Positions 57,282-64,000 of a DNA stretch of 64,000 nt are shown here, one piece after another (the first letter of the stretch is position 1; each line of letters begins with the position of its first letter). The notes beneath the pieces were generated by a model, which worked only from the letters and a program-made list of their open reading frames with translations, was not told where the DNA came from and ran no database searches. The translations under genes were made by a program, and so were the position numbers. The DNA comes from Rickettsiales bacterium (lineage in GTDB: Bacteria > Pseudomonadota > Alphaproteobacteria > Rickettsiales > UBA3002): positions 507 to 64,506 of the forward strand of contig JANQJY010000049.1 of assembly GCA_028281385.1 (NCBI GenBank). The letters are read 5' to 3'.

Positions 57282-58625
57282 TTATGCAAGGCCTGTGGCG
57301 GGGGTACGCTGCATTGCCTGTAAATGCTCCATGACGGCATTGGCGAAGGATGTGTTCCGCTCCCGGCTTTGCTGCGGGTCGGGGCAGCGCTCACCGGGAA
57401 CCTCTTGCTCCAACACCTGCGATATATGCTCGGCAAGTGCTTTTGCTCCGAGCTTCACATCCCCGAACCGCCGGTGAATATAGGTAGCGATGACAAATTC
57501 CTGATCACCTTTATCCAGCTTAACCAGTTCCGGGTCTTTCACCATCGTCTGTAGTCCATAACCCAGAAAAGTCAGCGTGGTTGCCAGAATCTGTGTTTTG
57601 GCGCTTGCCTGGTGTTTATCGGTCAGGCTGGAGACCAGTAGTCCGAGATTATTCACTATATGCAGCCCGGCCACCGCCTTATGCTTGTTTGGTCTCAGCC
57701 ATTCACCGAAACGCGTTGTTACTGCGTTAAAGGAATCCGCTGTCTGTATGAGTGGACGCAGCACAAACTGTCCCGGCAGATTCTCAGCGTTTTCCTTGAT
57801 ATTCAGAGATGCCATCAGGCTCCTGCCACTCTCCTGCGGCACCAGGGCCTGCAGAGTCGTAGCGGCCACGGCTGCGAGGGCGCTCACCGTACGCGGCATG
57901 GCGCGATGCTTGCCGAACAGGGCCGAGCCTAACAGCGACAACGCCCCGGTAAATTGCATCAGGCCGGCCGCTTCCCACGGGTGACGGCGTAGAAAATGAT
58001 CTATCTCGCCGGCAATGTCTTTGAGGGTCTGGCGGTTGGCGTCAAGTTCACCTGGCTCGACAACCCCTTCGCGGACGAGCGAATCCTCTACCGTATCGAT
58101 TAATTGATCTACGGTCTGGTGATACGCCTTGCCTGTGTAAAACATGGTAATAAGGTTGGAAACAAAATATAAGCCGGACAGGCTTAACTTACCGAAGTCT
58201 TTGGTTTGGTGGGCATGGTATGCCTGTAACAGATTGGCGGTTTGCCAGATGGCTCCCGCCGTCGGCCCGGCCATGGCTTGCAACTGGGCTTTGATATCTC
58301 TTGGTATGTCGGGAATGCGTCCCTTGCCCAGCGGAGTAATGGCCAGCGCATCCCTGGTCGGCAGCAGCAGCTGTCCTTCGCGTGCAAGCATATCCGTGAG
58401 CATGTTGCGGGCTTTTTCGCTGCCTTCGTCTGTTAAAACGGACAGCCGCAATACCGGAACCGTTCCGTCGCGGCGAGTGCCTTCGCGGGCATGAAACACA
58501 GGATATCTCTGCGTGAGTTTCCGGGCATATTCTGCCAGTGCCTGCTGTGTGATGTCGCCGTCCAGTTCAATGACCGCCACATGCACCTTTTGTGCCTCAT
58601 TCGAGCCAAAATCGACCTTCCGCAT
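57282..58625 (-). CDS. Hypothetical protein with several hydrophobic helices
   Basis: 447-aa ORF that fills the gap between flanking genes; no recognised motif. Confidence 0.7.
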   Translation of the reverse strand: MRKVDFGSNEAQKVHVAVIELDGDITQQALAEYARKLTQRYPVFHAREGTRRDGTVPVLRLSVLTDEGSEKARNMLTDMLAREGQLLLPTRDALAITPLGKGRIPDIPRDIKAQLQAMAGPTAGAIWQTANLLQAYHAHQTKDFGKLSLSGLYFVSNLITMFYTGKAYHQTVDQLIDTVEDSLVREGVVEPGELDANRQTLKDIAGEIDHFLRRHPWEAAGLMQFTGALSLLGSALFGKHRAMPRTVSALAAVAATTLQALVPQESGRSLMASLNIKENAENLPGQFVLRPLIQTADSFNAVTTRFGEWLRPNKHKAVAGLHIVNNLGLLVSSLTDKHQASAKTQILATTLTFLGYGLQTMVKDPELVKLDKGDQEFVIATYIHRRFGDVKLGAKALAEHISQVLEQEVPGERCPDPQQSRERNTSFANAVMEHLQAMQRTPATGLA

Positions 58626-58720
58626 CAGCCATGGGGATGCACTAGTCGTTATTGCCTGCGTATGTTCAGGAGAATCGATAGCTTTAACCTTTCTCTATTT
58701 CTCAACTCTATCATGCTTGT

Positions 58721-58738
58721 ATGACAATTATGTGACGG
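58721..58738 (-). promoter_or_regulatory. Pho-box-like (OmpR/PhoB) direct repeat
   Basis: Minus strand CCGTCACATAATTGTCAT, ~95 bp upstream of the 447-aa ORF. Confidence 0.45.
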
Positions 58739-58835
58739 TAAAAAAACTTTATTATTCTTTGATTTTTTCCTTGCATCAGGCTGTTAAAGGTGATTGCAGT
58801 GGGATGAGTTCAATGAAAACGAAAGAGAGAAACCA

Positions 58836-59741
58836 ATGCGTGAGGAAACGGCTTGTTTTTCCAGTGACGGATTTACATTAGACGGAAGTTTTTATTTACC
58901 GGATGAATCGGTGGCGGCAGATGCACCTGTTGTCATTGTCTGTTCAGGCTTTACCGGGTTGAAAAATATTCATCCAGAGCGTTTCGCGCGGTTTTTCACC
59001 AGACGCGGATATGTATGCTACGGATTCGATTACCGCGGTTTTGCAAAAAGCGAAGGTGAGCGTGAAAAAGTGCTGCTGGAAGAGCAGGAGCGCGATATTG
59101 CGAATGCCGTGGCATATGTGCGTCATCATGCCTTGGGCAAGGCGCGCCCTGTAGTATTGGCCGGCTGGGGTATGGCTGGAGGCATGATTTTTAATGCGGC
59201 GCAACTGGTAGAGGGCATTGATGCACTGATTGCCATGAACGGTTTTTACGATGCCAGACGTGTCCAGAAAGCCGTGCGGGGAGATGCCGGCTATGCCGAA
59301 TTTCTCGACTGGATGGAAGAAGAACGCCGGCGGCTGGTCTGTGGGGGAGCGCCTGAGGGAATCGATCCGTTCCACATTTATCCGCTTGATCCGGTAAGCC
59401 GCAAATATGTGGATGAAGAACTGCGCAAAAATCCGGATTACGGCATGACGGCCGATTTCCGTTTTGCCGATTCGCTGTTGTCGTTTCATCCGGAAGGCAA
59501 TCTTGAGGCATTTTCCGATATGCCGCTGCTGATTGCCCATGGTGGCGAAAATGCGTTGCATCCTCCGGCGGAGGCGGAATCTCTGCGTGCCAAATATCCG
59601 GGGCCATGTGAACTATTTTTGCTGGAAGGCGGCGGTCATACCGAATGGATGCTCGATGAAAACCCGTTGTTCAAGATCTTCGCAGGCGCCATTGCCGAGT
59701 GGCTGGAGGGCTGTTCCTTTGCCAGGAACAAGGCAGCATAG
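58836..59741 (+). CDS. Alpha/beta-hydrolase fold protein
   Basis: SGFTG, FDYRGFAKSEG, elbow GWGMAGG, LIAHG, GGH. Confidence 0.88.
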   Translation: MREETACFSSDGFTLDGSFYLPDESVAADAPVVIVCSGFTGLKNIHPERFARFFTRRGYVCYGFDYRGFAKSEGEREKVLLEEQERDIANAVAYVRHHALGKARPVVLAGWGMAGGMIFNAAQLVEGIDALIAMNGFYDARRVQKAVRGDAGYAEFLDWMEEERRRLVCGGAPEGIDPFHIYPLDPVSRKYVDEELRKNPDYGMTADFRFADSLLSFHPEGNLEAFSDMPLLIAHGGENALHPPAEAESLRAKYPGPCELFLLEGGGHTEWMLDENPLFKIFAGAIAEWLEGCSFARNKAA

Positions 59742-59756
59742 GACGTAATAGGACAT

Positions 59757-62741
59757 ATGATTCCCCGGTTAAATCCGGAACAATCCCTGCCCGAACAGCT
59801 GCAGATGTTTCTGGAGGCAGTGCGCAGTTCCGCTTTCAGCGGAGGCATTGCCGCGGATTACGCAAGCCGGTTGATCAATGCAACGGATAACAGCATTTAT
59901 CAATTATTACCGCAGGCGGTGCTGACGCCGGAAAACCACGCCGATATCGCCATCGTCATGCAATTACTCGGGCAAGAGCGTTTTCGTGATGTTGCCCTGA
60001 CACCGCGCGGCGGAGGAACGGGGACCAACGGTCAGGCCCTCAATCACAGTATCATTCTTGACTGCAGCAGGAACATGCGGCGCATTATGCATTTTGATGT
60101 GCAGGCCAGGCAGGTCACGGTCGAGCCGGGCGTGATTCTGGATCAGCTCAACAGATTTCTCAGACCGCACGGCTTGTTTTTCCCACCGACGCTGTCACCG
60201 AGCAACCGGGCGACGCTCGGCGGTATGGTGGCGACGGATGCTTGCGGGAAGGGATCGCGCATTTACGGCAAAACCAGCCATTATATTGAGTCTTTGAGCC
60301 TGTATCTTCCCGGCGGTGAGAAATGGGAAATGGGCCGCTATCCGGCAGGGCAGCAGGCCCAGACATTGCTTGCGCGTGACGACAGGGTGGGAAAAATCGC
60401 CCGGACTCTCCATGACATTGCCACGGATTACCGCGACGAGATTATCGACCGCATTCCCGAGCTTAACCGTGAGTTCAGCGGTTATAACCTCGCCGCTATT
60501 TATGAGGGGGACAGCTTTACCCCCACCAGCATTATTGCCGGTTCGGAAGGAACGCTGGGCGTTATCGCCTCCATCACCCTGCGGCTGCGTCCGATTCCTG
60601 CCTGCCGCCGGCTGGTCGCGCTGTGCTACAGGGATTTCGATGCGACTCTGCGTGCGGCGTCGCATTTGCTTTCCTTCGATCCTCTGGCGGTAGAGACGTT
60701 CGACGGGACGGTATTCCGCCTTGCCAGGGGCGATGCCGTATGGCACCGCGTGCAGGAGTTCATGCCCGCAGGAGCGCAGGCCGATCAGGTGGGCGGATGC
60801 AATCTGGTGGAATTCGTTAGCGATAATGCGAGGGAGGTTGACGATGCGGTAGCGGCGTTGCAGAAACATCCCGGCGAGGCGTTTCATGTAGCGGTGGCCG
60901 CCTCCCCCGAGGCCATCGACAGCCTGTGGGAGTTACGCAAACGCGGTGTCGGGCTGTTGGGAAATATGGAGGGGGACAAGCGCCCTGTGCCGTTTGCCGA
61001 AGATACCGCCGTACCGCCGGAGCAGCTGGCGGACTATATTGCGGACTATCGAACGTTGCTGGATGCCGAGGCTGTCGATTACGGCATGTTCGGACATGTG
61101 GATACGGGCTGTCTGCATGTCCGTCCCGCCCTGAATCTCCGTGACCCGAAGGATGAAGCATGTATCAGACGCATCTCCGATCAGGTGGTAGCACTGGTGA
61201 AACGCTATGGTGGACTGATGTGGGGTGAGCATGGCAAGGGTTTTCGTGCGGAATTCACCCCGGAATTTATCGGTGAGGAACTCTATGACTGCCTGCGCCG
61301 TATCAAGGCGGCATGTGATCCGTACAACCAGCTCAATCCGGGGAAGATTGCCACGGCCGCGGGAACGGAACTGGCATTGCACCGCATAGACGAGGTTCCC
61401 CTGCGGGGGCATTTCGATAAGGACATACAGGAATATGCCATCCGGTTATTTCCCAAATCGGTGGAATGCAACGGCAATGGCGCCTGTTTCAACTATGCGC
61501 CGGAGGATGCCATGTGTCCTTCCTACAAGGCGACGGGTGACCGACGTTACTCCCCCAAAGGCCGGGCGGGATTGATGCGCGAATGGCTGCGGCAGCTTTC
61601 CCTCGCCCAATATGATTTCGCCGACGGCAATGGCAATATCTCGGCACAGGATGCGAATACAGACCATGACTTCTCGCACGCCGTTTATGACAGCATGAAG
61701 GAATGCCTGGCCTGTAAGGCCTGTGTCGGTCAGTGTCCGATCAAGGTTGATATTCCGGATATGCGCGCGCGCTTTTTGGAACGGTATCATACGCGCTATC
61801 GCCGCCCGCTTAAGGATTATCTTATCCGCTATAGTGAAGAAGCGGGCCGGATGGCCTCCAGGGCACCGCGGTTATCCGGCCTGTTGCAGTCCCTCTTGCC
61901 CGTGCGGCTGCTTGGCCTGAGCGATCTTCCCACACCTAGCGCTCCGTCCTTTTCTCATATGGTCAAAGGCATGGAGGGTATCCGCTTTGTGGACGCTAAG
62001 ACCTCCCCGGAAGTGATGCCGGAAACAGACGGGCCTGCCGTAATGTTGGTGCAGGACGCCTATACCAGTTTTTACGACGCTTCTGTTGTGCGTGACATTG
62101 CCTTACTGCTCAGTCATCTGGGAATGCAGGTGAATGTCGCGGCTTTTAACACCAACGGCAAGGCCCGCCATGTCAAAGGTTTTCTGGAGGATTTTCGCCG
62201 GACGGCCGGACGCAATAACGCCTATCTGCGTCATCTGGCCTCTTTTGATATGCCTATGATCGGAGTGGATGCCAGCATGACGCTTACCTATCGTCAGGAA
62301 TATCCGCAGATGCTTGAGGAAAGAGGAGACTATCAGGTACAGCTGCTGCAGGAATGGCTGGCGGAACAGATAGCGAGCGGGGCGATGGAGGAATGGAAAC
62401 AATGCATCTCGGGCAGTTATTGCCTTTTCAGCCATTGCACGGAAGCGACCAGCCTGCCGCATTCGCCGAAATTATGGCAACAGATTTTTGCGCATTTCGG
62501 ACTGGAACTGAAAGCGGTTGCCACGGGCTGTTGCGGTATGGCCGGTACCTACGGGCATGAAGCCGAACATCAATCCACAAGCGAAGCACTCTATCGCATG
62601 AGTTGGGCCGAGCCGATCAGCCGGGCCGGAGACAAAGCGTTGGTGAGCGGATTTTCCTGCCGCTGTCAGGTCAAACGCTTCGGCGGATTTCACCCGCAAC
62701 ATCCGGCACAGGCCCTGCTATACGCGCTCAAAACCGTATAG
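59757..62741 (+). CDS. FAD-linked, Fe-S oxidoreductase (YdiJ / D-2-hydroxyglutarate dehydrogenase-like)
   Basis: RGGGTGTNGQ, GSEGTL, WGEHGKG, CNGNGAC, CLACKAC, CCGMAGTYGHE, SGFSCR. Confidence 0.92.
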   Translation: MIPRLNPEQSLPEQLQMFLEAVRSSAFSGGIAADYASRLINATDNSIYQLLPQAVLTPENHADIAIVMQLLGQERFRDVALTPRGGGTGTNGQALNHSIILDCSRNMRRIMHFDVQARQVTVEPGVILDQLNRFLRPHGLFFPPTLSPSNRATLGGMVATDACGKGSRIYGKTSHYIESLSLYLPGGEKWEMGRYPAGQQAQTLLARDDRVGKIARTLHDIATDYRDEIIDRIPELNREFSGYNLAAIYEGDSFTPTSIIAGSEGTLGVIASITLRLRPIPACRRLVALCYRDFDATLRAASHLLSFDPLAVETFDGTVFRLARGDAVWHRVQEFMPAGAQADQVGGCNLVEFVSDNAREVDDAVAALQKHPGEAFHVAVAASPEAIDSLWELRKRGVGLLGNMEGDKRPVPFAEDTAVPPEQLADYIADYRTLLDAEAVDYGMFGHVDTGCLHVRPALNLRDPKDEACIRRISDQVVALVKRYGGLMWGEHGKGFRAEFTPEFIGEELYDCLRRIKAACDPYNQLNPGKIATAAGTELALHRIDEVPLRGHFDKDIQEYAIRLFPKSVECNGNGACFNYAPEDAMCPSYKATGDRRYSPKGRAGLMREWLRQLSLAQYDFADGNGNISAQDANTDHDFSHAVYDSMKECLACKACVGQCPIKVDIPDMRARFLERYHTRYRRPLKDYLIRYSEEAGRMASRAPRLSGLLQSLLPVRLLGLSDLPTPSAPSFSHMVKGMEGIRFVDAKTSPEVMPETDGPAVMLVQDAYTSFYDASVVRDIALLLSHLGMQVNVAAFNTNGKARHVKGFLEDFRRTAGRNNAYLRHLASFDMPMIGVDASMTLTYRQEYPQMLEERGDYQVQLLQEWLAEQIASGAMEEWKQCISGSYCLFSHCTEATSLPHSPKLWQQIFAHFGLELKAVATGCCGMAGTYGHEAEHQSTSEALYRMSWAEPISRAGDKALVSGFSCRCQVKRFGGFHPQHPAQALLYALKTV

Positions 62742-63608
62742 TTCCTGCGGATTATCCACCATAATCCGTTGCAAGTTCGCCTTATCCTCCACCCAGTCGG
62801 CGAGCATATCCACCAATGCGCCGTCATTGGGCATTGGCGTGGGAATATGCGGATGCGGCCAGTCGCTCCCCCACAGCATGCGTTGCGGATTAGCCCTTAC
62901 CAGAGCGCGGGCAAAGGGGGTAACATCCGTATAGGGCGCATGCTGTTCGCCGGTTATGCGGTACGCTCCGGACAGCTTTACCCAGCACCGTCCGCTTTCC
63001 ACCAGCTTCAGCAGTGACGTAAATCCCGGATGGTTCAGTCCTTTATGTGTGGGCATGTGCCCCATATGATCGATCACCGCCTCTGTCGGAAGGCCGGATA
63101 AGCGCTCATACACATCGTCGAATTCGGAAACATCAATGAGATATTGGATATGCCATCCCATCGGTGCCACCCGTGCCGCGAGCCTGTTGATGATATCCGC
63201 CTCCACACCGCCTTTGAACAGCAGATTCACGCGAATGCCGCAAAATCCTTCGCCATGCAGTGCCGTTAATTCCTCATCGCTCACAGAAGCGTCCACTACC
63301 GCCACCCCTCGGGCCTTATCCGTTCCGAGCGCTCTGATCGTATCACGCGTTGCCCGGTTATCCGTACCATACACGCTGGGCTGTACCACTACGCTGCGTT
63401 CAATTCCGACGGCAGCTGCCATGCGCCGGTAATCCGCCAGTAAAGCATCGCTCGGTGTGTAGCTGCGCTGGTCAGTGTAAGCATACTGCGTTTGCGGTCC
63501 GAATATGTGCATATGAGTATCCACGCTGCCGGGAGGCAAATGCAACTGCGGCGAGGTCGATTCGGGATCGAAGGGCTGATAAGGCATGATGTTAGGTCGT
63601 TTTGACAT
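62718..63608 (-). CDS. Amidohydrolase-2 family protein (LigI/2-pyrone-4,6-dicarboxylate lactonase-like)
   Basis: DTHMH, VQPSVYGTDN, IDHMG, WVKLSG, WGSDWPH. Confidence 0.9.
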   Translation of the reverse strand: MSKRPNIMPYQPFDPESTSPQLHLPPGSVDTHMHIFGPQTQYAYTDQRSYTPSDALLADYRRMAAAVGIERSVVVQPSVYGTDNRATRDTIRALGTDKARGVAVVDASVSDEELTALHGEGFCGIRVNLLFKGGVEADIINRLAARVAPMGWHIQYLIDVSEFDDVYERLSGLPTEAVIDHMGHMPTHKGLNHPGFTSLLKLVESGRCWVKLSGAYRITGEQHAPYTDVTPFARALVRANPQRMLWGSDWPHPHIPTPMPNDGALVDMLADWVEDKANLQRIMVDNPQELYGFERV

Positions 63609-63686
63609 TCACATATTGAGGAAAACTGTAACATGATTTCTCACCGGTTGCCTATTACTTTAGAACGCCATAGCGCCGACGAGTGT

Positions 63687-63740
63687 ATGACAGTTTGATG
63701 ACAAACCTGGCAAATCACTGCCTTGCCACAAAATTGTCAC
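63687..63740. promoter_or_regulatory. Two divergent Pho-box-like direct repeats
   Basis: Minus strand TTGTCATCAAACTGTCAT (63687-63704); plus strand TTGCCACAAAATTGTCAC (63723-63740). Confidence 0.5.
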
Positions 63741-63790
63741 ATTTCTTCTTTATAGTAAAAGAGTGAGAAAACCTGATAAGAAGGACGAGT

Positions 63791-64000
63791 GTGCCCAAAT
63801 ATAACTGGCATAAGAGTGATGATGTTACCGCGGTTGAAGTGCGTGAGAATCTGCAATATCGCTATGCATTGCTGCATATGCGTGAGGGGATGAGTGCGGA
63901 TGAACTCTCACAGCTGCAGCAGAAACTCCAGCGCCGTGGCTTTACCGCCATACCCGATGCCGGCGGCAACGAGGCGTTGTTACGCGTGCGCGGTTTTGAC
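63791..64000 (+). CDS. Hypothetical protein, 3'-truncated by the window edge
   Basis: AAGGA RBS then GTG; open for 70 codons (MPKYNWHKSDDVTAVEVREN...). Confidence 0.65.
   Translation, partial: MPKYNWHKSDDVTAVEVRENLQYRYALLHMREGMSADELSQLQQKLQRRGFTAIPDAGGNEALLRVRGFD

Overview
Chromosomal window of an alphaproteobacterium. About 80% is core housekeeping DNA: trxB and an LsrB/VtlR-type LysR gene, ychF-pth-rplY-prs, uvrC, the lgt cluster, secB/dnaQ/coaE/aroE, the likely replication origin between the DUF299 kinase/pyrophosphorylase gene and hemE-hemH-hemJ-rho, mdh-sucCDAB-lpdA, and icd. The main accessory feature is a 9.7-kb phage-satellite-like element (45000-54719) with a tyrosine integrase, AlpA/Xis and a Prim-Pol/SF3 helicase, but no capsid, portal or terminase genes. 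It has integrated in the anticodon loop of the host tRNA-Arg(CCT) and left the gene split into a 5' half (54711-54750) and a 3' half (44963-45008). It does not repair the gene through attP. It carries its own complete, sequence-divergent tRNA-Arg(CCT) just inside the junction. Its cargo is a MuF (phage head morphogenesis) protein fused to a small basic toxin-like tip, followed by an internally duplicated immunity-like gene, a GIY-YIG nuclease, and an XRE + ImmA/IrrE peptidase operon with three small downstream genes. One of those three is absent from the ORF track. Other unannotated signals: an AbcR-like sRNA candidate after the LysR gene, a C-protein-like HTH gene with no canonical start, a structured leader in front of an orphan prepilin gene, and PhaR-like and Pho-like boxes. 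All assignments come from reading the sequence and recalling family motifs; no searches were run.
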